This document shows, one piece after another, positions 1-12,900 of a stretch of 64,000 bases of DNA (positions are counted from its first letter, which is position 1; every line of letters begins with the position of its first letter). The position numbers and the translations under genes were made by a program. The stretch is from Gekko japonicus (Eukaryota). The DNA lies in the NCBI RefSeq assembly GCF_001447785.1, contig NW_015164247.1, forward strand, positions 154,600-218,599, read 5' to 3'. The notes under the pieces are model-generated. The model worked only from the letters and a program-made list of their open reading frames with translations, made no database searches and was not told where the DNA came from.

Positions 1-2642
1 CAACAAGGTTAACATGAGGATCACTAAAAACCTGCCTTACTGGCTTAATGTAAAGAGTACTGCACTCTCAACATTTTTTAACACAGTACATACAGTACCT
101 GTTACAGAGTGAAGTTATTTTTTCTTTGCCACTCCCTCAAATGGCTCATGCAAATACATTGATCCCCCCCCAACCACGGTAATACATTGGTTCTGTACCC
201 GTATCGTTTACACAGCAGGGGACAAGAGTAAATAATATCTTATGACAATCCTGGAATACAGTCTGCTGTTTGCACAGAATGCAAATCAAGTGAATCACAG
301 CAGACATCTCAAAATGGATGCAAAGGAGATTACTTAAGAAAGTGAGCCATGCCACATTGCAAGTGAAGGAACAAGATAGAATATACAGACAAAAATTAAC
401 CATGTGAAATGTTTAAATATTTTTGCAGACAGACAAAGGGAGAGATTAGTTGATGGATGTGAACTGTTTTTCTTGCACAGCAGTACCTTGGCGTGCACTC
501 TCTCTCACTGCACACATTAACCTCTCTTTCCCAAACACACACTACACAGATAGCAACACTCTTCCCTTGTTCCCACAGTCATATGACACACCCACACATT
601 TATCTCCCTTCCCATGCCTTCACTCAAATATACCGACAGCTGCACCCTCCCTTCCCTGTCACACATAGCATCAGTGACACCAGTATCCATCCTTACTTCT
701 TCGTCAAACACACAATCTTCTTCCCCTCTCCTTCACCTACTGGCTCCTGAAAGGACACTCGGTCTGGAGATGCCTCTCTCCCCCTTTTAGGACAAGGCTC
801 CACCCTGTAAAGTTCAACCTGCCAGTCACACACGTGCTGCATTAGACAGAACTTCCCCTTTTGATTTCTAACCTCAGAAACAGCTGCACAGGAAAGCCAA
901 TACCTTTCCACTTAAAATGACGTTCTGGACCTCATAACTTTAGAGATACACAGCAGATTTTCACCAAACCAATGAGAGGTAGACCACTACAGTGTCACTG
1001 AATTCCGATTATAATCTAAATCAGTAAACAGAGAAACTTAAGGAAAGAACAGTTGCAAACAAGGAAACATTTGCTATAATTCAGCCATTTACCAAAACCT
1101 TTTAAAAAACAAAATCTGTCCAATTATACCCCTCCCCAGGCAACTCTTTTGTACCAAATTTGATACTGATAGGACATATTCATTATAAGCAATAGAATAT
1201 TCAGGCTGTGTAATGACAGGACATTAGAAAAACCAGCTGGCTTCATTAATACAGCTGCTCTTCCAGCTGCATAATTAATGTAAATAATGTATTTCAACAA
1301 GAGTGAGAGCTCCTTAATGCAATCACTTGACAAGTGATGGTTTTATTAATTTCTATTTCATGCTTAGAAGCATGACATTTCAGAAAAAGTAATATCATGC
1401 TGTGCCAAATTTTCATGAGCAAACATTCCAAGACCAACAAAGCAGCTTTTGCGAGCTTTGAAATGTTCTCTAAGAGTCAACATAAAGCCACATCATAGTA
1501 AAGGCAGAATGTATTGTCCTCAGTCTGAAATTCTCCATAGGCCTCTTGACGACTTCACAGCAAATATAGCTACATGATGAACAGAAATCATGAAAACAAA
1601 TCTGAATGAGAGCAATGCTTCTTATCTTCACTCTTCACTGTAATACAACCCTTAGAATTATCAGAATACTTCCGAACCAGGCCCATAGGTAGGATTTGGG
1701 GGCGGGGCTTTAAAATTTTTAAGGGGGCTTGGGTCTAATGTCCTCCTTACACATACAAAGCTCACGAGGCATAAAAACCCACCCTCCAGTCCTTGCTCCA
1801 ATGAACACCAAGCTTCACTGAGACTTGGGCTGCGAGGCGGGGAAGGATGTAAGGAGGGCTGTGGCATGTCATGCAGGATCAGGGTGCAGTGGTCATTTCC
1901 CTGGGATGCTGCAGGGGTGCAGAGCCAAGAGGATGCATGCTCTTCCAAGCTCTCCTGCTTCTCCTCCTCCGTGCTTGCCTTGCAAGACCAGCCGTCCTCC
2001 ACCCAAGTGAAATGCTGGGAGAAGGAGGATGAGGGAAACCCCCCCCCTTGGAAGTCTCTGGGTCTCACTGTAGCTGAATAGCTTGGCTGTGATTTCTGGA
2101 GGGGGTGGGATTCCGTTCCCTAGTGGCTCAAGCCACAAGCCAAGCCCCAGCTTCAAAGAAGGGGAAAAAAGGTTGGGCGTGGGAAATGAGAAGTTGGGGA
2201 CGGTGGAGGGAGGGCGGTCCTGGCTTCTTCTCTCTGCGAGGCTTCTCAGCTGTGCTATAGGAGTGTGGCTTGCCACAGGGGCATGTGCCTTTAAAAATGT
2301 TTTTAAAAGGCAAAAAAGGGTTTTTCGGGGGAAATCTTGCGGGGCTGTCACACCTGCATCTCGACAACCTTGATATAATCATCATGGATATGTTGTGTGT
2401 GTTTTTTTAAAAAAATAAAGGGTTTATGTCCCACAGTAATGATAAACTATCCCAACTTCTAAAGCAATTGCCCACTTTCCTGGAACACGAGACACGTGTC
2501 ATAAGGAACAGTGCTCCGAAGAGCCACAGGTGGCATAATGAAGAGCCACATGTAGCTTCCAAGCTCCTGAGTATGATTGTGTTAGATCACTTGAGGATAG
2601 GGACACATTTTTAAAGCCTGGTACTTTAAAATTATATTTATA

Positions 2643-4677
2643 CTAGCAGTAAAGCCCGTTGTGGAAATAAATACAACGGGATCTAGAAAGAGGCTCTGGG
2701 GGAGTACTCTGGCTTTGGGCAAACAGTGTCATTTTGCTGTGGTGACCTCAGCAGGGTATAATGGCAGAGTCCACTGTTTTCTCCAGAGGAACTGATCTCT
2801 GCTCCCTGAAGAGCAGTTGTAATTTTGAGTGATCTGTAGCCCTCACCTGGAGATTGGCAACAATTGTTACCCAGGATGAAATGGCTGGTTTGGAGGGTGG
2901 AGTCTATGGCGTTGTACCTGTCTGATGTCCCACCCCTCCGCAAACCCCACCCTTTCCAGGCTCCACCCCTCAAATCCCCAGGAATTTGCCAGCCTGGAGT
3001 TGGCAACCCCATCTCCTTTGCAGGTAACCATCAACCTACCATTATCTGCCCCTTTGACTTCAGCTGAATTCCGCTCTCCCTTCTGCAGAGCAATTGTAAT
3101 TTTGAGTGGTCTCCAGCCCTCACCTGGAGATTGGCAACAATGGTTCCCCATGATGGACTGAGTGGTTTGGAGGGTGGAGTCTATGGCATTGTACCTGTCT
3201 GAGGTCCCACCCCTCCTCAAACCTCACCCTCTTCAGGCTCCATCCCTCAAATCTCCAGGAATTTCCCATCGGGAGTTGGCAACCCTATCAGGATTGGCCC
3301 CAATATGTTTTCTCCCAAAGGCCAAAGTAGGTGACTGGACCAAACTAAGTTGCCTACCATCAGGCACTGAGGGGAAAGTAGGGTTGCCAGCTATAAGGAG
3401 GGAAATACCTGGAGTTTTGGTGGGTGGATTCTGTAGAGGGCAGAATTGGGGGGGGGCGGAAGGACTCAGCAGGTATAATGTCATAGGGTCTACCCTCCAA
3501 AGCAGCCATTTTCTGAGTTTGAGGTGTGGAATGCAGTGAAGTCCAATCAGCTTCCATATGCAAAAGACCTTGAAGGTTCCATATGCAACTGACATTCCAA
3601 CTGCCTTGCGGGGAGGGGGGTGAGTTTGAGGTGTGGAATGCAGTGAAGTCCAATCAGCTTCCATATGCAAAAGACCTTGAAGGTTCCATATGCAACTGAC
3701 ATTCCAACTGCCTTGCGGGGAGGGGGGTGAGTTTGAGGTGTGGAATGCAGTGAAGTCCAATCAGCTTCCATATGCAAAAGACCTTGAAGGTTCCATATGC
3801 AACTGACATTCCAACTGCCTTGCGGGGAGGGGGGTGAGTTTGAGGTGTGGAATGCAGTGAAGTCCAATCAGCTTCCATATGCAAAAGACCTTGAAGGTTC
3901 CATATGCAACTGACATTCCAACTGCCTTGCGGGGAGGGGGGTGAGTTTGAGGTGTGGAATGCAGTGAAGTCCAATCAGCTTCCATATGCAAAAGACCTTG
4001 AAGGTTCCATATGCAACTGACATTCCAACTGCCTTGCGGGGAGGGGGGTGAGTTTGAGGTGTGGAATGCAGTGAAGTCCAATCAGCTTCCATATGCAAAA
4101 GACCTTGAAGGTTCCATATGCAACTGACATTCCAACTGCCTTGCGGGGAGGGGGGTGAGTTTGAGGTGTGGAATGCAGTGAAGTCCAATCAGCTTCCATA
4201 TGCAAAAGACCTTGAAGGTTCCATATGCAACTGACATTCCAACTGCCTTGCGGGGAGGGGGGTGAGTTTGAGGTGTGGAATGCAGTGAAGTCCAATCAGC
4301 TTCCATATGCAAAAGACCTTGAAGGTTCCATATGCAACTGACATTCCAACTGCCTTGCGGGGAGGGGGGTGAGTTTGAGGTGTGGAATGCAGTGAAGTCC
4401 AATCAGCTTCCATATGCAAAAGTCCAATCAGGTTCCATATGCAACTGACATTCCAACTGCCTTGCGGGGAGGGGGGTGAGTTTGAGGTGTGGAATGCAGT
4501 GAAGTCCAATCAGCTTCCATATGCAAAAGACCTTGGAACGCTGGGCGGGACTGCACAAAGCAGCCAGTCAACCCAGCCAGTGTCTTCTGAGTGGCAGTTT
4601 TTCCGGCCTAACACTAAAGGGGCCAAATTTAGAATGTTCATATAGAATGTTCTTACTCAATTATATATAAGGAGAGA
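2643..4677 (-). mobile_element. Non-autonomous Helitron, long copy (2035 bp) with internal tandem array and MITE fragments
   Basis: Minus strand starts A|TCTCTCCTTATATATAATTGA (4677) and ends with hairpin CCCGTTGT-n10-ACAACGGG, 8 nt, CTAG|T (2643). No TSD, inserted in AT. Both ends match the copy at 49623-50010. Confidence 0.85.
3514..4535. repeat. 107-bp tandem repeat, about 9.5 near-identical copies
   Basis: Unit TGAGTTTGAGGTGTGGAATGCAGTGAAGTCCAATCAGCTTCCATATGCAAAAGACC...; unit starts at 3514, 3621, 3728 ... 4477; explains the serial 106-aa ORFs. Confidence 0.97.
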
Positions 4678-4824
4678 TTCTATAGAACAGTGAGCCATAT
4701 CTTGATATTACAGGAGTATGATTCTACAAGCAGCAAATGTACAATTTATATATTATTAGCAGTACTATGATTTGCCAGTCGAAATGTTTCTAATTACTCC
4801 TGGTTTCTCCAATAAGTCTCCAGG

Positions 4825-5101
4825 AGCCAGTTTGGTGTAGTGGTTAAGTGAACAAACTCTAATCTGGGAGAACCGGGTTTGATTCCCCACTCCTCCACTT
4901 GCAGCTGCTAGATGGCCTTGGGCAAGCCATAGTTCTGTCAGGGCTGTTCTCTCAAGGGCAGCTCTGGAAAGAGCTCTCTCAGTCCCACCTACCTCACAGG
5001 ATGTCTGTTTTGGGAAGGGGAAGGGGAAGGAGTTTGTAAGCCGCTCTAAGACTCCAAGTGAAGGGCGGGATATTAATCCAATCTCCTCCTCCTCTTCTTC
5101 T
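4825..5101 (+). mobile_element. tRNA-derived SINE (Squam3-like); further copies 14524-14790, 22247-22476, 60765-61035 (+), 52598-53050 and 55419-56071 (-)
   Basis: TGGTGTAGTGGTTAAG A-box, GGTTTGATTCC B-box, conserved body, (TCT)n tail; multiple mutually similar copies. Confidence 0.8.
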
Positions 5102-8100
5102 TTTGCTTATTCTAAATCTCTAAAAAAATAGGACTTGCTGAAAAATTTAGAGAATAATTCAGACAATAATGACAAAAATTGATGTCTCTAGCTTGAAAAA
5201 CTGTGGCAACTGTAGTCATCTCCAGCCTATACCCTAGAGTTCTTGAGATACAATATATTATTTTGTCCATTTTAAAAGGAAAACTGGCAGCCTTTATATG
5301 CTACTATAAACTATCTTCTAATTGTTTCAGGGGGTAGCTGTGTTGGTCTGCAGTAGAACGGTTAGATTCAAGTTCAGCACCATCTTAGAGACCAGCAAGA
5401 TTTTGGGGGTGTAAGCAAAAGCTCTGTTCATCAGGGATCTGACAAAGGGAGATTTGACTTTTGAAAGTTCTCTTTTGAAAGAAAGTCAGTTTCAGCTGGA
5501 GTTGAATCTATCTATCTTTTGACTGACTACAGAGCAGGCACATTAATCATTTCACACATCTTAAGACATCACAGTTGCACAGCGTACTTCATTCATAAAA
5601 CAAGAAAATCAATTATATTCAAGTATTTAAAGTAGAACAATATTTTTTCTCAGAAGACAGCCAACTATACAGAACATTTAATTCTGCAAAAAAGCATAGG
5701 CAGGGAAATTTACTGTTTCCATTTTAAAAACCCGGATTCCACTTTCTGTATAGATTAGAGCAGTGGTTCTTAACTTTTACTGCCTACGAAATACACAACA
5801 TTATCACCAAACACATCCCCCTAAGTTTTAAGCAAACAATCTGAATGTATAAACAGCACTCCAGACAAAGCACCTTTACTTAATATACTTATTTATCTAA
5901 AATGTTTTTAAGACCACCTTTCTTCCAACACAGGTAAGACTCTAGGTGGGTAATAACATACACATTTTTAAAAATTAAATTATTAAATCAATATAACAAA
6001 TATTACATTCTTAAAAAGTATAAAGCCAGGAAGAAAAAAAGATAGGTCTCTAAACACCAAGCATATCTCCAAACATTCTCCCAAATTATTCCGTTTTAAG
6101 GTGTCTCTGAAAGGTTTCTCACATTCTGCAGCAAACGGCTCCAGAACACCAAAAAAAGTCCTTGTCCAGGCAGCATGTAAAACGGGAGGGTCAGTAGAGA
6201 AGGCCTTGGTGGGAAAATAGGAGTTTCATGGAATACACTGATCTCTGGCATACATTCAATAGACTGGTGTGCCTGATGGCCATAAACCAACTCCCAAGTG
6301 TTAAGTTTAGTTCCTATTTGACGTATGTCACTTTTAAAGAAATGCCACTTTTAAAGAAATGTTATCCTTAGGGCAGAAGGAACAGTGTCAAAGAACTCTC
6401 TCCTGCCAACTGTCAGAATCCATTGCAAGTGGGAAGACGGAGTTACGTGAAATGCCAAATACTCCCCCCCCCCAAGTCTTGAATGCCCCTCAAACTGACT
6501 GCATGGATTATGGCCCTCAATAAGAATCTCTAGATTACAGACAGTGCGATAAGGCATGATTTGTGGGTAAAACTCAACAAGAGAAGCCCTGACCTGGATA
6601 GTCCAGGCAAGCCCAATCTCATCACTCTAAGCAGGGTCAACTCTGGCAAGTACTTGGATGGGAGAACTCCTTGACATACCAGAGGTGGGAGGCGGGGGCA
6701 GGCTTTATTCAGCCACCTCTCTGAATATCCTCCAGGCCTCCAGTAGGGGTCAATCACCAGAGGTCGCCATGACTTCCAGATGCACACACACCACATATTT
6801 TAAAAATACCACCAAAAAAGAGAGAGAAGTAGGAGAAGCTACTCAGTGAAAATTATAAAAGAACTAATGGGGAAGGATTCATCATGCCTTTGGAACATCC
6901 AGATTAAGCACTTGTTGGCCAAGATGAAGGGTAGAAGTGTGTGTGCTTTGGCTTCTCACATTCCAGTTGGTGCACATTCATTACCAGAAGGACTCCACAA
7001 GACCAGAGTCATCTGTACAACAACTAAAATTCACAAATCCTTGAAAAACAAATTGATTCCCTGTAACTGGTGGTCTCCAAGAAATCATCTGCCCAATCAT
7101 ACATATAGGAGTTCCATGACAGCACAGAAAGAACTCCGTAAAGTTTTAAAAGACTAACTCAGAAACTGACATTCAAATCCCCTCCTCCATAGAAAGTATT
7201 GCTTTCTATGCATGCCCTCAGGAAAGCCGCGAGCACTTTTTGCTGAGTTCCTTCAGACCACTGCAGATAGCTCTCCTGAATGTGGTCAGAGAGAATCCAG
7301 CAGAAAAAAAGTAGGGCAGGTTCTACCAATCGAGCAACAACAACTGCAGGCAAGCAACCTGGGTTTTTTCCCTTCTTAGTCTCTGTACAGTCCTACAACT
7401 GAAGTATTAGGAAGGTGAAACACCTGAAGGTAGGTGCTAGCATTGCCTCAACAAACAGGCAGACCACATAGCTCGAGCATACACAGCTAGATAAGACTGT
7501 TGCTCAGACAAAGGCCTGTATGGGAGTTGGAAACATGTATTTCCAGCATCAGAAGAATTGTGGGCAAATTTCATCAGGGAGCCCGGAAAAAGAGACAAAC
7601 TCCATGTGTATGGAAATCTTGAGGAACTAAATTCATATTCCTGTGGGAATCAGTTTGAGACTCTGGATTCATGCACTTACAGAGAGCTGTGTCTAAGAAA
7701 ATTTAATAAACATAATCACAATGTTGACATCTTAATCCTAAACAACATTACTTTCCAGTACTACAAACATTACTGAGTGTGAATGTTTCCCATAATCACA
7801 TACAAGTGCTAAGTAATGAATGCATATTCCATGTCACTGAGGCACCACATATTCTGTTTCAGCTGAAATAAACGACTATTGCATTGTGCAATGCAAATCG
7901 TAACCATTAGCATACAAATAGGATAATTAAAGTCAAATGATAATTAGAAGATATGAAAAAGTTATTTTCAAACAACAAACATGACTAGCAATTTTGCTGG
8001 GCCCAGGAAGGGGAGAAAAGCATTTTAGTGCTATTGAGCAACTACAGGATAGCTGCATTCCTCCCACTCGCATTAGTATCAGGTAGCATCTCCTGCGGTT

Positions 8101-8227
8101 GCCAGATAGTGTCGTCAATGGGAGAGTGAAGAACAGTGACGACACTGAGCAACTGGTTCTGGTATTTCCCCATTAGAACAACTGCCATTAATATAATATT
8201 CTATGTTGCCCAATGGATGATCTAAGC

Positions 8228-8758
8228 CAGTGATTCTCAAGTTTTCATATTTGATGTCCCATCAATCACAAAACAGGAGGGCCTGGCGGGAGCTGGTCCA
8301 TGGGGTCACGAAGAGTCGGACTCGACTGTGCGACTGAACAACAACAATCACAAGAGCCTGGGTCCAGTCCCAGTATGATAGCCACAAACCTTTCACATTT
8401 CCAGAGAACAACATTTATATGTTTACAGGTATTCTGTTATTGTATTTATCACCTATGGTAAGTTTTAAGGACAAAAAAACCCGCAGTTGTACTGTTAGGA
8501 GTCATTTTTATTGTTATAGCTGCAAAACACAAACAAAAATAATCCCATTAGTCATTGAAAACCGCAATAAAAAAGGAAAAAGAAAATTGTAATAATATTG
8601 TTTTGTAAGTTTTACTGCTACGGTAACTGAAAAATGCAAGGATAGTAAATAAAAAATTGCAGTAGTGTCAGTGCGATTGAGGGTAATTGTAATTGTTGTG
8701 GGAACGCTGCATCATACCTACAGTGTTTCTACATTGCACTGCTGGCTGAGAACCACTG
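8228..8758. mobile_element. hAT-Charlie-like non-autonomous element with a nested 73-bp Bov-B 3' tip (8272-8344)
   Basis: TIRs CAGTGATTCTCA / TGAGAACCACTG; 8-bp TSD ATCTAAGC/ATATAAGC; Bov-B tip flanked by TSD CAATCACAA. Confidence 0.7.
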
Positions 8759-9766
8759 ATATAAGCAATGCAAAGTAAAAATAAGGCTTTAAAAATGAAA
8801 ACTTAGGCCTTGTGCAAGTGCGACACTCCTGGGTCTGTAATGACAGAAGTAACTGGACATGTCCAAAGCACAAAACATTTCTTCCTGTGTCTTCTTTCTT
8901 CTGGATGGCACATTCTTTAATAATCTTAAGAAGTTAGGCATTATTGCAGCAACATTAAAACAACTAGGGCTCTACCACAGGCCCCTGCTTCTTCTGCCAT
9001 TTATAACAAAAATCAGATGGACTGTTATGAAAAGAAATGGGTCTACCCAAGCTGGAATGCTCTCCTTACCCTTGCTCCCCTTCCAGCACCTACTAATGAT
9101 GTACTTGTCTGACCAGGCTTTCTGCTGAATCTCCCCCCACTTTAAGCTGCTTTGGGTCTCCACTGGGGAAGTAATTTAATAAATTACTATTGTCTATTAT
9201 TTGTTTGCTCTACTGTGTTCTGCTGCTTCTCTGGTGCATGTTTTAGTTTCAATTCTGCTCTACTGTTCCACGTGCTTTATTTTAGTTCTCTGCTTTTGAA
9301 AAATATGGTTTGTATGGATTTGTTGGAAGTCTGGTCTCCTACTGCTTTTACTTTGCTTCTTCAGCTGACTCTTCAGAATGGTTTTTGCTGCTTATAATGT
9401 GATAATATTGTTGATTTTATGCTTGGGATGGTGGTGTTGACCTTTATTTATTTATGTTATTTATGGCATTGTTAACTTAAGAGTGTGATTTGTTGTGAGT
9501 TGCCTCGAGAGCCTTCTGGATGAAGGGCAAGATTTTAAAAAAATGGTTTCAATAAATAAAATTAATTGAAAGGAAGCATGTGGTTCTCCCAAGCAGACAC
9601 CCATCCAGGGTCCAACCAAACTGGCTTAAGCTTCAGCAAGACTAATGCATCATGCCCCTTTACTGGAAAGAAGCAAACTAGTCTCATATATACATAATCA
9701 ATTCGCTCCTTTCTTTTAAACGAAAATGTAACCTGTATCATAACCAAGGTCAAAGAAGTAACCAAG

Positions 9767-9901
9767 TTACTTTTGGTGTATGTTGTAGTATAGTGTTTTG
9801 CTCCATAAAAGTGACAAAAGTTGTCATTACTCTTACTTTTGGTGTATTTTGTAGTATAGTGTTTTGCTCCATAAAAGTGACAAAATTTGTCATTACTCTT
9901 A
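9767..9901. repeat. 66-bp direct tandem duplication (2 copies)
   Basis: TTACTTTTGGTGTAT(G/T)TTGTAGTATAGTGTTTTGCTCCATAAAAGTGACAAAA(G/T)TTGTCATTACTC twice. Confidence 0.9.
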
Positions 9902-12900
9902 TAAATTCTTCCCCTAGCCAAAGACTACAGGTTCTCTTTTGACTGCTGCTGCCAAGTACATCTCTCTAAACCTGATCTGGATGTGTAGGTTTGACTATGT
10001 ACCACTATATTATGTTTATTTAGAATATTTTTATCCCATCTTTCCAAAAATCTTGCTTGAGGTGGCCCTCTCTGTGTTTTGGCTCACTTTCTGGTACTCT
10101 CATGAAGGAGAGTTAACATCTCCATCTACAGTGTGAAATAATTATGAGATGTTAAACTTGGCAGTTTTCCGTCTTTTATACCTAATTTTTTCAATAGTGG
10201 AAGTATTACCTTTGATACTCTAAATCAGGTTCAAGTATGCTTAGATAGTGTACAAAAATCAAAAGATGCCTGCTAATTACGGAGAATGCTGATAATCTGC
10301 CAGAGATTCAGTTAATGTTGAGATTATGGCATTACACTAGTGAATGCTGACAGTGACCATCAGGTGCCTGTCTTCGTTCACTGGTTATCATTCACCTGAT
10401 GCAATAAGAAATTCCCACTAATGGCCATATGCTGGATATTCACTGACTAGATAAAACACATTAGGCACTTGGCTAGTAATTACAGCTGACACCCTGCAAG
10501 AATACAGGCACAAACGCACCCTCTTCTTTCCTCTGAGAACTATAGCTCTCCACTGTATTACATGTATTGTAGTTTGACTACTACTGCCAACATCACCTGT
10601 TCTAGTCCCAAACTGGTTCAATGTGTGAAGAATCCACTTTATATCACTTACACAGTTTCATATCCACGTGTTCAGTATGTCATACTAATTTTTTGATCCT
10701 AAATATGTAGTGTTGCGTATGCATGTGTTCTGTATGCCATACTAATCCTTTGATCCTAAATATTTGTGCTGTTCTAACCGGCTGCTGTAACAGTTCCATC
10801 CTAAAAGCCCTCTAAAATCCTCTCCATAACATTCTCAGCATTGAGAAAAATCCGTTCTGAAGATCCATAGAAGAATACCAGCCAAGAGCAGCCCCATCCC
10901 CATCTCAATCCCCAACCAGTTTCTGGCCTTTAGAATTTTACAGGCAACACCCTCTATAGCCACTCTACAAATTCCATTTCTCCTAAACGCTATGGTATAC
11001 CATAGCGCTTGCCCTCCAAAGCTGCTGTTTTCCTCTAGAGGAACTGATATCGGTAGCCTGGAGATCAGTTTTAATTCCCAGAGAATGCTAGGCCCCACCA
11101 CGATGTTGGCAGCCCTGAGTATGGCTTGGCTTCTTGCTGTGAAGAAGAGATAAAACAGTTCCATTTTCAGAACACTGTCGTCCTCAAGGTATCAACAGAC
11201 ATGCATCAAATTTCAATTATTGGCTGGAGAAACACCTTACCAATTTGGATACAGCTTTGAGCAAATCAGAGACCCAAGCTTCTTTTATATAGATTTAGAG
11301 AGATAAAATGAAGCCTGTATTCTGCAAGCATCAATATATATTGCTGGCAGCTACTGAAAGTGTTCCATCCTCTAAAATCAACTCTGATCCAAGTAAGTAA
11401 AGAGACAGCAGAAGTCAATGGCAAACCACCTCTGCTCATCTCTTGCCTTGAACACCCTGCAGACGGCGTCACCCTGAGTTGGCTGCAACTTGACAGCATG
11501 TTAATGATGAGTGACACAGTCTTCATGCACAATTATTCAAAAACCTGCCACACAACTGGTATGCTATCCTGAGCAGGGTCTAAGCACTGAAAACAGAGTA
11601 AAGGACAGGATACACTTTACTGGAGTCTGGCCAGCTCAGGCAGTATCTCCACAACAATGAGCAAAAATAGATCATACTGTGGAGATTAATGGAAATGTAT
11701 TTCCCTCTGTCTATTACACATACTTACAGGGGGTGTCTGGATCAAGTTATGTTCTGAGGTGTATTGCTGGTACAACTCAACCCCTTCTCTAGAACAGAGT
11801 GTGAGTGCTTGTGCAATCAAACCAGCACTTGTAGTTTAAGAAACAGATTTGTACTTTCCTATATGACATGCTTTCTCAAGAACTACCTGTCTTAGAGCTC
11901 CTTGTGCATAGGCAGGAAAAGAGAAAAAGCATCACAGTTATCAACAGCATCACTCCAAGTGATAGCGGAAGCTAATAACAGCAAGCTTTGTTGGACTCTT
12001 CTTCAGGTTAGATGTTAAAAAAAAGCAAGAGGAGAATGTTAGAGACGCTCCAGTAGGGGACACCATATAATTTTAGAAGTACAGAAAATGGCATTTCAGA
12101 ATTAAAACAACCTTTATTTCATTGCTTATGAGACTGTAGATATGGGCACGATTGTGGTACATATTACAAGGCTTTAACAAATGATACTTTGTATGAGTTA
12201 TTCAGTATAAGAGCCAGACTTCGTTGACAGCTTGGTTGAAGAGACCATTAATCACAGTGCTCCCTTTTCAGAAAGTATACCCTAGTAGTTGTGTCTCCTA
12301 ATTCAAACATCCATTAATATCCTAGCATGTTTGGAAATACAGTAAGTATTTACTGTAGGTCTACAGAAGTAAAGTAACATTAGTAACTTACTATACAAAA
12401 TGCTGGTTAGTACAAACCATCAGAAAAAAGTTCAGAATATAATAATCTTTATAGTTCTGAAGAAAGTCACCCCCTTCTATACTATAAACCTTAGCTCACT
12501 ACAAATGAACAGTATCTGCCATCATTAGATATATCAAGCTACATAACCACATAACTCCTGTTCTAAACAAAGCTCTCTATTTTACAGCATACTATGTCAC
12601 GTGACCGACTTCTATAATAGATAAGATACCCCCAGCAGTATGAAATCGGTAATTCAGATGCTTTTTATTCCAACTGCTTTACTAATGACAGACTCCAACA
12701 GACTACTGAAAGGGAAAGCAGCACCTATAAGTATTAGTAGCTCATTTTCTCTTGATAAAAAACAATTACTGACATTCAGAAATATTTTCATTTTATTTAA
12801 GCAAGTCTTTGGCTATAACTGAAAAGGCATCTTTTTTTCCATAGCTACACATCTTATGATTAAAGTTTTAGCATGGGGGAAAAAAAGAAAAAGACCACAC

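Noticed and set aside
3233-4509. Series of identical 106-aa ORFs
   Set aside because: Artefact of translating a 107-bp tandem repeat (3 units = 321 nt).
3514-4535. CRISPR-like look (TTCCATATGCAA recurring at regular spacing)
   Set aside because: Intervening sequences are identical rather than unique spacers, there are no cas genes, and the context is eukaryotic.
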